64,000 bases of DNA from positions 3,712,001-3,776,000 of the forward strand of contig OZ244042.1 of assembly GCA_965215015.1 (NCBI GenBank). The letters are read 5' to 3'. Origin of the DNA: Candidatus Poribacteria bacterium (GTDB lineage: Bacteria; Poribacteria; WGA-4E; PCPOR2b). The notes under the pieces were generated by a model. The model worked only from the letters and a program-made list of their open reading frames with translations, did not search any database and was not told where the DNA came from. Made by a program: the position numbers and the translations under genes. Positions 31,851 through 41,464 of this stretch are shown piece by piece (the stretch's first letter is position 1; every line of letters begins with the position of its first letter).

Positions 31851-33848
31851 TTGGCAAGAGAAAGGGTGTCACAAGCAGAAGAGTGGCAAGCTTGGGCACA
31901 ACGTTATGATGTTGAGGGCGGTTTAAGAACCTTTGAATCCGGGTTAACCCTGAAAGTCTTTCTAGGGGCGGTCTTCATTGGACTATTGATGATGCCGGGG
32001 TCAATCTATTTGACCTTAGTCGCAGGTCAATCGGGTGCAGGGGCTGCACCTTGGGTAGCGGTTATTCTGTTTACAGAGTTGGCACGCAGGTCCTTCACGA
32101 CAGCAAGGAGACAAGAACTTTACATTTTGCTAGGGTTGACCGGCGCGGCAGTCGGATCCGGAATCCATTATCGCGCCTATCCATTTGTCTGGTACGCCTA
32201 CTTTATCAACACGCCGCAGGCACAGTCGTATGAAATCGCAGACAAAATCCCCTATTGGGTCGCACCAGCAAAGGACGCTGTCGCAATTGCAGAGCGGTCA
32301 CTCCTACATATCGATTGGTTTTGGCCCCTTGCAATCTTCCTAATCATGAAGTTGCTGGCAGAAGTCCGCTATATTAGCGCAAGTTATTTCCTGTTCCGTC
32401 TGACAGCAGATTTAGAGCGACTCCCCTATCCGCTAGCACCGATTCACGCACAAGGGGCAACCGCATTAGCCGAAACCACCGGACAGGGCGAAACATGGCG
32501 TTGGCGCGTCTTTTCCATTGGATCTATGGCAGGGCTGTTCTGGGGATTTTTCTATATCGGTATACCCTCGCTCACGGGAGTGATGATGTCAACACCGATA
32601 CAGATTCTGAAAATTCCATTTATCGACTTCACTCCAAGCATCGAAAGCTTTGCGCCATCGGGAATGTTTGCCCTGTGGACAGATTTCGGACTGATATTAC
32701 AGGGGTTCGTACTGCCGTTTCCAATCATCATAAGCGAATTTGTCTCAGCGATGTTCACCCAATTTATCTTGAATCCGCAAATCCTTTACCGTTACGAAAT
32801 TTTACATCAGTGGCGCCCCGGTCTGGATATGCGTGGAACCAAGCTATTTAACGACCTTGATTTTTGGTTGAGCTTCGACATGGGCAAATCCTTTAGCTTT
32901 GCCGCCGTTGGCTTGGCAGCATCCATTCCAATCATGTTGAGTCTTAGACAGAAAAAACAGCAAGAGGCCGGTGCCCGAGGCTCGTTACAAACGCCACCGG
33001 GACGTGGCGATTTCCCAATCTGGTTGATGGGCGGTTTGTGGGTACTCAGTATGGTGGTATATGTATGGATTGTGCATCGGATGGTGCCAAACTTCCCCGT
33101 CGCTTTCCTGCTTGGCTTCGCCTTCCTGTATACTCCCTTACATTCGTATATCAACGCGCGAACATTTGGGGTGTTAGGGAGACCCCTCTTCGTGCTCCCT
33201 TACATCCATCAGGCAACGTTTATTTTAAGCCGCTACGAAGAGATCGACATCTGGTTTGTCCACCTACCAGATGAAGATTATGGCGCAGGCACACAGCACT
33301 GGCGCGTGCTTGAACTAACCGGCACCACCTTCACCAGCGATGTCCTTGGGCGCGCCTTGATGGTGCCGCTACTAATTGTTGCGACAATCATCGTCTGGCA
33401 TTTTATCTGGCAAATCGCGCCAATCCCGTCTTCACAATATCCGTTTGCACAGACATGGTGGCCCCTCTACGCAACCGATGAATGCCTCTGGAAAACCTCA
33501 CTCCGCGATGGAAACAGCCAGATGCTGCAAGCCATTCGTGGCGATTACGTGTCAGCCGGTTTTACCTCCTCGCTAGCAATCTACGGTTTTCTTTGGGTGG
33601 CGAAGCTACCCAGTATGTGGTTCTACGGTATTGTCGGCGGAATCGGTCAAGACCCAGGGATGATGGTCCCACGGGTTATCGGCGCACTCATCGGTCGATT
33701 CTACATGATCAAACAGTTCGGTCTGAAACGATGGTTTATGTATAACCCCGTCTTAGCGGCAGGCTTCACCTGTGGTGTCGGACTTGTCGGCATGGCTACG
33801 GTTGCGATTGCCCTGGTCTCCAAAGCAGTAATCGTCAAACCGTTCTAA
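31851..33848 (+). CDS. OPT-like (oligopeptide transporter superfamily) membrane protein, copy 1
   Basis: Numerous TM helices, ERLPYPLAP and LMMPGSIYL; AAGGAG RBS and TTG start. Confidence 0.75.
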   Translation: MARERVSQAEEWQAWAQRYDVEGGLRTFESGLTLKVFLGAVFIGLLMMPGSIYLTLVAGQSGAGAAPWVAVILFTELARRSFTTARRQELYILLGLTGAAVGSGIHYRAYPFVWYAYFINTPQAQSYEIADKIPYWVAPAKDAVAIAERSLLHIDWFWPLAIFLIMKLLAEVRYISASYFLFRLTADLERLPYPLAPIHAQGATALAETTGQGETWRWRVFSIGSMAGLFWGFFYIGIPSLTGVMMSTPIQILKIPFIDFTPSIESFAPSGMFALWTDFGLILQGFVLPFPIIISEFVSAMFTQFILNPQILYRYEILHQWRPGLDMRGTKLFNDLDFWLSFDMGKSFSFAAVGLAASIPIMLSLRQKKQQEAGARGSLQTPPGRGDFPIWLMGGLWVLSMVVYVWIVHRMVPNFPVAFLLGFAFLYTPLHSYINARTFGVLGRPLFVLPYIHQATFILSRYEEIDIWFVHLPDEDYGAGTQHWRVLELTGTTFTSDVLGRALMVPLLIVATIIVWHFIWQIAPIPSSQYPFAQTWWPLYATDECLWKTSLRDGNSQMLQAIRGDYVSAGFTSSLAIYGFLWVAKLPSMWFYGIVGGIGQDPGMMVPRVIGALIGRFYMIKQFGLKRWFMYNPVLAAGFTCGVGLVGMATVAIALVSKAVIVKPF

Positions 33849-34005
33849 AGTAGTCGGCATACGCATACGCCGTATGCCGTAACCAATATCCATCAGACAG
33901 CACGGCGAACGCACTTACTATTAATAAGTTCATGGGCTCATTTGCAATCCCTGAACAAATCCGAATAAAGTTGAACCTGTACAACCGATTTAGCCGCTGT
34001 CATTC

Positions 34006-34063
34006 GTAGGGAACAATTCTTCTCGGACTCCCGGTCATCGCCCGGAGACTCATTGTTCCCTAC
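34006..34063. repeat. GTAG-type REP hairpin
   Basis: Perfect arms GTAGGGAACAAT/ATTGTTCCCTAC, with related copies at about 45144 and 46046. Confidence 0.75.
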
Positions 34064-34125
34064 ACACAAACGCGTACCCCTGATTGGATAAGGAGATCAA
34101 GATTCATTCTTGACACCCAATTGTG

Positions 34126-34502
34126 ATGATTGTTTGGAGAATCTTTTTTTCTTTTGAAGGTAGAATCAACCGGGGCACCTATTGGGGGCGACCGCGGCGC
34201 GTCTAGTAATGTCCTGTATTTGCCTTCTTGTTTTTATCTTAACTATTGAGCAGCCAGTACACTTTAGCGTTACCGGCTTGTTTACTTTATCGTTATTCAT
34301 ACTCACATTACCGTTGTTCATACTCACATTCTACTGCGGCTATCCAATAGCCGTAAAACGTTGGCATGACAGAAACAAATCAGGTTGGTGGATACTGATT
34401 GAATGGATTCCACTTATAGGGACTTTCTGGACAATTATTGAATGCGGTTTTCTGAAAGGCACCGAAGGACCGAATCGGTTCGGACCAAACCCCTTAATAT
34501 AA
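34126..34502 (+). pseudogene. DUF805 (YhaH-like) membrane protein with a frameshift in a G5 tract
   Basis: ATG 34126 reads MIVWRIFFSFEGRINRGTYW and then stops. The rest (AVKRWHDRNKSGWW...GPNRFGPNP) continues in another frame from the G-run at 34184-34188. Confidence 0.8.
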
Positions 34503-34548
34503 CTGATCCGCTATGAACCAATGAACTAATGAACCACTAAGAGTTGTT

Positions 34549-36543
34549 ATGGCAAGAGAACGAGTTACACAAGCAGAAGAGTGGCAAGTCTGGGCGCAAC
34601 GCTACGACATTGATGGGGGCATCCGAACCTTCGAGTCGGGCTTAACGCTGAAGGTCTTCCTAGGAGCACTTTTCGTCGGCTTGCTGATGATGCCGGGGTC
34701 AATCTACCTGACCTTAGTCTCCGGTCAGTCCGGCGCAGGGGCAGCTCCGTGGGTCGCAGTCATCCTATTCACCGAGCTAGCCCGTCGATCTTTCACAACT
34801 GCTAGGCGACAAGAGCTTTATATGTTGCTTGGACTCACCGGCGCAGCGGTCGGGTCCGGGGGGCAGTACCGCGGTTTTATCTGGTACGCTTACTTTATCA
34901 ATACGCCACAAGCTGCGTCGTATGAAATTGCGGATAAAATCCCTTTCTGGATTGTGCCATCGAAAGATGCACTAGCGATTGCAGAGCGTTCGCTCCTGCA
35001 CATGGACTGGTTTTGGCCCATCGCATTCTTTCTGATATTCAAGTTGTTGGGAGAGATCCGCTATATTAGTGCAGGCTATTTTCTGTTTCGTCTGACAGCT
35101 GATATGGAGCGGCTTCCCTACCCAATGGCGCCCATCGAAGCGCAGGGCGCGACCGCATTAGCAGAGACCACCGGACGGGTCGAAACGTGGCGGTGGCGTG
35201 TCTTTTCGGTCGGATCTATGGCTGGGTTGATCTGGGGATTTATTTACATCGGTATCCCTTCACTCACTGGAGTGATGATGTCAACACCGATACAGCTCCT
35301 GAAGATTCCATTCATCGATTTTACAAACGTCATCGAAGAAATAGCGCCAACGGGGGTGTTCGCACTATCGACCGACTTTGGGGCGGTACTCACCGGTTTT
35401 GTACTGCCATTTCCCATTATCATGACGGAACTTGTCGGAGCCTTCTTTACCCAGTTTATTCTGAATCCACGAATCCTTTATCCGGCAGAAATCCTGCATC
35501 AATGGCGTCCCGGATTGGATGTCCGTGGTACAGGCTTATACAATGGGCTCGATTTCTGGATTAGCTTCGGGATGGGTAAATCTTTCAGCTTCGCCTTCGT
35601 TGGTATGGCAGCCTCGATTCCGATGCTGCTCAAGTTTAGACAGGCTCGACAAGAACAATCAGGGTTATCCAGATCACTACAAACACCGCCGGGACGTGGC
35701 GATTTTCCACTCTGGTTGATGGCAATCCTGTGGCTCTTTGGGATGGGAACTTTCATCTATATCGTTCACGTTTATATGGCACCGAACTTTCCGTTGGCTT
35801 TCCTGATCGGTTTTGCCTTTTTGTACACCCCGGTCAATTCATACATTACTGCGCGAACATACGGGATTCTCGGCCGCGACCTTTTCGAGATCCCTTACCT
35901 CCACGAAACGACATTTATCTTGAGTCGCTACGAGGAAATTGATATCTGGTTCGTCCCACTGCCGGACGAAGACTACGGACGCGGCACACAAAGCTGGCGG
36001 GTCCTTGAATTGACAGGGACCACCTTCACCAGTAGTATCGCTGCACGATTACTGCTTATGCCAATCCTGATTATCTCTGGCATTGTGGTCTGGCATTTTA
36101 TCTGGAAAGTCGCGCCAATTCCGTCGGCGCAATATCCGTTTGCACAGACATGGTGGCCCCTCTATGCGACCAACGAATGCCTCTGGAAAACCTCCCTCCG
36201 GGACGGAAATAGCCAGATGTTGCAAGCCATTCGTGGCAATTATGTCGTGGCCGGCTTCGCCTCCTCAATGGCAATCTACGGTTTACTCTGGGTGGCGAAG
36301 ATGCCAAGCATGTGGTTCTACGGGATCGTGGGGGGAATCGGTGCCGACCCCGGCATGATGCTTCCAAAAGTTATGGGGGCAATTATCGGCCGTTTTTATA
36401 TGATTAAGAAATTCGGTCTGAAACGATGGTTCATGTTTAATCCCGTTTTGGCAGCAGGCTTCATCTGCGGCGTTGGACTGGTTGGAATGGGAACCGTTGC
36501 GGTTGCGCTAGTCTCCAAAGCGGTAATCGTCAAACCGTTCTAA
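34549..36543 (+). CDS. OPT-like membrane protein, copy 2 (tandem paralog)
   Basis: Collinear and highly similar to 31851-33848, with the same C-terminal ending LVSKAVIVKPF. Confidence 0.75.
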   Translation: MARERVTQAEEWQVWAQRYDIDGGIRTFESGLTLKVFLGALFVGLLMMPGSIYLTLVSGQSGAGAAPWVAVILFTELARRSFTTARRQELYMLLGLTGAAVGSGGQYRGFIWYAYFINTPQAASYEIADKIPFWIVPSKDALAIAERSLLHMDWFWPIAFFLIFKLLGEIRYISAGYFLFRLTADMERLPYPMAPIEAQGATALAETTGRVETWRWRVFSVGSMAGLIWGFIYIGIPSLTGVMMSTPIQLLKIPFIDFTNVIEEIAPTGVFALSTDFGAVLTGFVLPFPIIMTELVGAFFTQFILNPRILYPAEILHQWRPGLDVRGTGLYNGLDFWISFGMGKSFSFAFVGMAASIPMLLKFRQARQEQSGLSRSLQTPPGRGDFPLWLMAILWLFGMGTFIYIVHVYMAPNFPLAFLIGFAFLYTPVNSYITARTYGILGRDLFEIPYLHETTFILSRYEEIDIWFVPLPDEDYGRGTQSWRVLELTGTTFTSSIAARLLLMPILIISGIVVWHFIWKVAPIPSAQYPFAQTWWPLYATNECLWKTSLRDGNSQMLQAIRGNYVVAGFASSMAIYGLLWVAKMPSMWFYGIVGGIGADPGMMLPKVMGAIIGRFYMIKKFGLKRWFMFNPVLAAGFICGVGLVGMGTVAVALVSKAVIVKPF

Positions 36544-36719
36544 AGTAGTCGGCATACACCATACGCTGTATGCCGTAACCAATATCCATCAGACCGCACG
36601 ACGAGCGCACTTACTACAATGAGTTCAATAGTTCACCCGTTCATTTACACTCCCTGAACCAATGCAGATGAACTAAATAAGGTGTTTTGTGATGTCCGAA
36701 CCAAGTAAATTCACCGCAC

Positions 36720-36953
36720 TAGGGCGTGTTGACATTTGCTTAATTGAACCGATCGCCATTCCGAGCGTTTTCAATGCGTTGCCAATTTTCCAAAATCGAA
36801 AATACCTACAACATTGCGCCATAGAATACTAGACACGATAGGGGGACAATCCTGGCTCAATCGGCCCAGGACATTGCGCAAGAGTCCGGGTATTCTGTCG
36901 AGATGTGAATCTCGACCTACTAATTGGCGATAGCAAAATGTCAACACGCCCTA
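36720..36953. mobile_element. MITE with perfect 18-bp terminal inverted repeats
   Basis: TAGGGCGTGTTGACATTT ... AAATGTCAACACGCCCTA with TA at both ends and no ORF. Internal blocks recur at about 1369-1525, 14586-14675 and 42716-42765. Confidence 0.85.
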
Positions 36954-36972
36954 ATGAACTAATGAACCAACT

Positions 36973-37902
36973 ATGAAATGGACAACACTAGGGTGGAGCG
37001 GTATTACCCTCGAACTTCCTGAAGATTGGGAATTAAGCGGATTATCCGGCGACGATAAAAGCGGGTATTTGCGCCTAGAGGACGCCGATATACCGCGCCT
37101 TGAGTTAAAATGGTCCGAGTCAAAGCAGAAGAAGCCTGACCTCCAGCGCGTCCTCGACGACTATTTCAAGCTCGTTCGTAAAAATTATAAACGCAAAAAT
37201 ACAAACCTGCACATCCAACGGAATGTCAACCTAATCAAGGAGGCAGCGTTTTTCGAGAACCGAGAGGTTGCTTTCTTCAACTGGAAAGGGGAATTTCGGG
37301 CGAGCGGCGTCATCTTTCACTGCCACATCTGCAAACGAATCACGATTGTGCAGGTCATGGGGCATCTCAAGGAGAATATTCGGGACACAACCCATCGTAT
37401 TTTGAGCTCCGTTCAAGATCACCCCGTAGGACACGCAACGTTTTGGAATGTATACCAACTCAATGCGGAAGTGCCGAGACGGTATCGCCTCGACAAACAT
37501 AAACTGTTGTCCGGCTACCTGCTCTTTTCATTCGTAGACGGAAGTCGAAAGGTTAGCATTGAACGGTATGGAATCGCAGATGTTACCCTGAAGGAGCAGG
37601 ACCTTGAGGAGTGGTTTCGAGCGAGATACGCCAAAGCCATCCGCGGATACGGCTTCTCAATTGAGTCTAACAACAGTGATGCAGATGAACAACTGACGCT
37701 AATCGGGGAGGAAACGCGCATTATAGACCGTGTACCTTTTGCACCTGCTCTGATTATCGACAAAATAATGCGTCGTAAAACTTTCGCCATTTGCCTCTGG
37801 CACTGTCATCACTCGAATCGGATCTACGTTGTTCAAGCGATTGCCAAGCAAGATGCAGCCAAAACAGCGGAGGAGATAGCGGCGAGTATCCAGTGCCATT
37901 AA
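36973..37902 (+). CDS. Hypothetical cytoplasmic protein (309 aa)
   Basis: Long ORF inside the operon with no family recognised. HCHIC and HCHHS motifs. Confidence 0.75.
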   Translation: MKWTTLGWSGITLELPEDWELSGLSGDDKSGYLRLEDADIPRLELKWSESKQKKPDLQRVLDDYFKLVRKNYKRKNTNLHIQRNVNLIKEAAFFENREVAFFNWKGEFRASGVIFHCHICKRITIVQVMGHLKENIRDTTHRILSSVQDHPVGHATFWNVYQLNAEVPRRYRLDKHKLLSGYLLFSFVDGSRKVSIERYGIADVTLKEQDLEEWFRARYAKAIRGYGFSIESNNSDADEQLTLIGEETRIIDRVPFAPALIIDKIMRRKTFAICLWHCHHSNRIYVVQAIAKQDAAKTAEEIAASIQCH

Positions 37903-37973
37903 GCTCAGTTCACTAGTTCGTTTATTGGTTCATTTACATCCCCTGAACCAATGCGAATGAACCAAAGAAGCCC

Positions 37974-38393
37974 ATGATTAGTACAATCCTTTATAAACTC
38001 AAGCTCAAAAAACGTCCAGAATCCCAACTGGAGCGAGCAGATATTTTACAATCATTGCCGCTGCGCAACCAGTTAATCGAATGGGAAGTCGATCACAACG
38101 GGGAAGTGTCATTGGTTATCCCCCAAAAGGAGACCCTCTGGCTACGACTGGTTGCAAAGCTGTTTATGCTACCCCCCAAGCGTGTGGTTGTCTTAGACGA
38201 TGTCGGAGCCTTTGTGTGGCAACTGTGCGATGGGCATAATTCCATCGCTCAGATTGTCAAACAACTTTGTGGGAAGTATCGCATGACGAGAAAAGAGGCG
38301 GAGACTTCGCTATTCACGTTTATGCGGCAGTTAGGCAAGCGGGGAATGGTAGGATTTGCGGTTCCCCAAAAATCGAAGAAAGGAAAGCAATAA
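37974..38393 (+). CDS. PqqD-family (RiPP recognition element-like) protein
   Basis: LDDVGAFVWQLCDGHNSIAQIV...FMRQLGKRGMV matches the PqqD winged-helix pattern. Confidence 0.85.
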   Translation: MISTILYKLKLKKRPESQLERADILQSLPLRNQLIEWEVDHNGEVSLVIPQKETLWLRLVAKLFMLPPKRVVVLDDVGAFVWQLCDGHNSIAQIVKQLCGKYRMTRKEAETSLFTFMRQLGKRGMVGFAVPQKSKKGKQ

Positions 38394-38394
38394 A

Positions 38395-39219
38395 ATGGCA
38401 GAACTAGAAGGATTCTCTCCGGAAACAGCAGTGCATACCACTGTGCCGACGGAAACGCCTGCACGATTTGCGAGAGATTTACCCAAGGAAAACACAGTGC
38501 GAGTCAGAAACCTGATCAAGAAATACGAGATGGGCACCACTGTCGTTGAGGCACTGCGAGGCACCAATTTTGAGATTCGCCGTGGAGAGTACATCTCGAT
38601 TATGGGACCATCAGGCTCCGGTAAGTCAACGCTTTTCAACATGATTGGGGGCTTGGACAAGCCAACAGAGGGCAGAGTCTATATCGATGAAGTGGATATT
38701 GCACAACTGGATGCCTACGAATTGGCGTGGCTTCGCTGTCGCAAAATCGGTTACATTTTCCAGTCGTTCAACCTAATCCCTGTGATGACCGCCCTCGAAA
38801 ATGTCTCTCTTCCCATGATTTTCGCTGGGATGACCGCTGATGATAGCCGCATAAAAGCGATTGAATTACTAACTACTGTCGGATTAGGAGAACGGGTACA
38901 GCATAAGCCGCTTGAGCTCTCTGGCGGTCAGCAACAGCGTGTCGCCGTTGCGCGGTCGCTCGCAAACGATCCCGCAATTGTGCTCGCAGATGAACCGACC
39001 GGAAACCTAGACACACGGACCGGGCTTGAGATTATCGACCTCCTGAAAAGTCTGAACGAGGATAACGGGGTCACCATCATCACAGCCACCCACGACACAA
39101 AGATGCTTGATGTGTCGGATCGAATCTTCTACATGGCCGACGGCAAAATCGAAAAAATGGAGACCCGCGAAGAAATCGATCTGCAGGTGGGTAGACTCGA
39201 CGGTGAAGAAGTTGGGTAA
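38395..39219 (+). CDS. ABC transporter ATP-binding protein (LolD/MacB-like)
   Basis: GPSGSGKST, LSGGQQQRVAVAR, LADEPTGNLD and ATHD. Start set at MAELEG. Confidence 0.95.
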   Translation: MAELEGFSPETAVHTTVPTETPARFARDLPKENTVRVRNLIKKYEMGTTVVEALRGTNFEIRRGEYISIMGPSGSGKSTLFNMIGGLDKPTEGRVYIDEVDIAQLDAYELAWLRCRKIGYIFQSFNLIPVMTALENVSLPMIFAGMTADDSRIKAIELLTTVGLGERVQHKPLELSGGQQQRVAVARSLANDPAIVLADEPTGNLDTRTGLEIIDLLKSLNEDNGVTIITATHDTKMLDVSDRIFYMADGKIEKMETREEIDLQVGRLDGEEVG

Positions 39220-39360
39220 ACGTGATGCGTGCAACGTTAGAAGTACACACTAAAACAGAGGTCTCATCTTAAGAAATCGTGCAACAGAAACCGATTGAGT
39301 TCATGCGTTCACTCATGCATTAATAAACCAATAGACTAATGAACCAATGGTTTTCACGTT

Positions 39361-40398
39361 TCAATAGGTTTCCTTGAATAAGCGTGCTTTATCCCGCGCT
39401 CTTTCGATTTTTGACCATTGCGGAGCGTCCCGGGACAACCCTTCAATATCCGCTACAGTCAGACCGTCCGGAAGGTTGACAAGGTTCGACCCTATCCGAT
39501 AGAGCCACGGATAGATGCCATACTCCATGCCCTTTAACCCACACATATAAAACAGGGTAGCCGACTGCTCTAGCAGGGGGGCGAGTCCGTCCTGATGCTC
39601 TTCGAGGCGATCCTGTACATACATTTTGCCGCCGCGAGCGTTAGTTTGTTCCCGGCTGATCGCGGTGGTATAATGAAAATTTGGGTAACGGGCCGCGAAA
39701 TAGAGGAACTCCTCATTATACATAATGTCTGTGGAATACGGAACTCCAAAGATGAGCCACACCTCCCGCTCAAAGCCTTGATTGAATAGCTCAACAAGCA
39801 TCCCGACAAACGGGGCAATCCCCGTTCCTGTTGCGGTGAAGACGTAATTGTAGTCCAGCGGATTATCCGGCAGTAGGAAGCTCTTGCCCACAGGACCCGT
39901 GATGAGCATCTCATCGCCCGGCTTTGCGTCACAGATATAGTTTGAATCTACACCCAAAACCAATTCGCCTGTTTCTGCATCCTCCGCGATTTCTCGCTTT
40001 ACACACAGCGATACAGTTTCTCCCTTCCAATCATCGCCCCAGCAAGCGGAAGTGATCGAATACAGGCGAATTTTATTAGTCAGTGCCTCATGGGCATAAT
40101 TAAATTCTGCATTATTGAAGCGTCCAGCCGGCACCACGCCGATACTCTGACCAATGCGATATTTTCCCACCATTTTGCTCCCCTTCAGATTGAGAACGAC
40201 ATGCCAGCCATAGTTCGGGCTGGAACGATCTGTAATCTGATACTTACTCACGACCTCTGCCGGAAAGGGATTCTTTGGGGTATAAATATTTACCGCTATT
40301 TCTGGAATTGGCATAAGTGGTGAATCAACAGGTTTTTCTAAGAAAGACGTTATCACGGTCCGCCTCCCGTCTAATATAATGATGAAAACTTTGAGCAT
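39361..40398 (-). CDS. Ferredoxin-NADP+ reductase (plant-type FNR-like)
   Basis: RLYSITS, GVDSNYICD, TGTGIAPF, YVQDR, MCGLKGM and terminal ETY. The start is probably downstream of the ORF start. Confidence 0.9.
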   Translation of the reverse strand: MLKVFIIILDGRRTVITSFLEKPVDSPLMPIPEIAVNIYTPKNPFPAEVVSKYQITDRSSPNYGWHVVLNLKGSKMVGKYRIGQSIGVVPAGRFNNAEFNYAHEALTNKIRLYSITSACWGDDWKGETVSLCVKREIAEDAETGELVLGVDSNYICDAKPGDEMLITGPVGKSFLLPDNPLDYNYVFTATGTGIAPFVGMLVELFNQGFEREVWLIFGVPYSTDIMYNEEFLYFAARYPNFHYTTAISREQTNARGGKMYVQDRLEEHQDGLAPLLEQSATLFYMCGLKGMEYGIYPWLYRIGSNLVNLPDGLTVADIEGLSRDAPQWSKIERARDKARLFKETY

Positions 40399-40469
40399 AG
40401 ATCAGTGTTAAATTTTTTCACAGGGGAGATCCTAATCGGCGTAAAAATCTAACTATAGTTTTAACATTT

Positions 40470-40583
40470 GCTCATGTTAAGAAATCGTGCAACAGAAACC
40501 GATTGAGTTCATTAGTTCACTAGTGAACCAGTGGTTTTCACGTTTCACACGCTTCGCGTTTTGCACTTGCTTTTGACATGAAT
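40470..40583. mobile_element. Short MITE, family 2
   Basis: GCTCATGTTAAGAAATCGTGCAAC ... TGCACTTGCTTTTGACATGAAT, with relatives at 53930-54072 and 58873-58962. Confidence 0.65.
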
Positions 40584-40836
40584 TTTATCATTATAGCACT
40601 GACCCAAATTGCTGTCAACAGAATTTCCGGGACCTTCGCTACTTTGAAGAATCACTGATCTTGACCTTTGTACCCCTAAGTAGATTGCTTATGATATAAT
40701 GTTTGGGAAATTGCAAAAGTTTACAACATTTTACAAAGATTCGCCCAGATTGGCGAAGATTCGTCGAGGAAATGAGAGTTGGTGCTTACTATCCGCGAAT
40801 CGCGCAAATCCACGCGAATAAAAACTGAGTGTTTTA

Positions 40837-41418
40837 TTGGAGCAAAGTATGGTATCCGTAGATGAACTGATCGATGTAATTGATAACGGAGATGAATTAA
40901 CCGCACAAAAACTTCTCGAACAGCAGCCCGCACTCGCCACCGGCGAATCGCTCAGAGAAGATGTCCTTCGAGGCGCAACACCACTGCATTGGGCAGCCCA
41001 CAGAAATATGACTGACCTGTGTGAGCGACTCATTGACTCAGGGGCAGACGCGAATGCCCGTCGAGCCCAATGGTGGCGGACCCCGCTCGCTTGGGCGGCG
41101 GACGCGGGGTGTACCGAAGCCGTTGAATTGCTCCTCAGAAATGGGGCAGATGTCAACGGAGACGCCTTCGGTATGACGACGGCACTTCATGCCGCAGCCC
41201 AAGGCGGTTCAACAAGCGGGAAGGAAAAGCCGGAAACCTATCGTAGAACCGCTCTGTTTCTGATAACACACGGGGTAGATATTAACCGTCGAGCAACGGG
41301 CGACCATGACCAAACTGCGTTGGATGACGCTATTCGGAAAGGAAATAAAGCCGTTGTTGAGGTCCTTGTCGAACATGGTGGGAAAACAGCAGCAGCACTA
41401 CGATTGGCGAACCAATGA
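40837..41418 (+). CDS. Ankyrin-repeat protein
   Basis: TPLHWAA, TPLAWAA, TALHAAA, TALDDA and GADVN repeats. Confidence 0.92.
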   Translation: MEQSMVSVDELIDVIDNGDELTAQKLLEQQPALATGESLREDVLRGATPLHWAAHRNMTDLCERLIDSGADANARRAQWWRTPLAWAADAGCTEAVELLLRNGADVNGDAFGMTTALHAAAQGGSTSGKEKPETYRRTALFLITHGVDINRRATGDHDQTALDDAIRKGNKAVVEVLVEHGGKTAAALRLANQ

Positions 41419-41464
41419 ACCAACTTACGCATCACGTTTCATGCACTAGAAAAAGGAAACCCGT

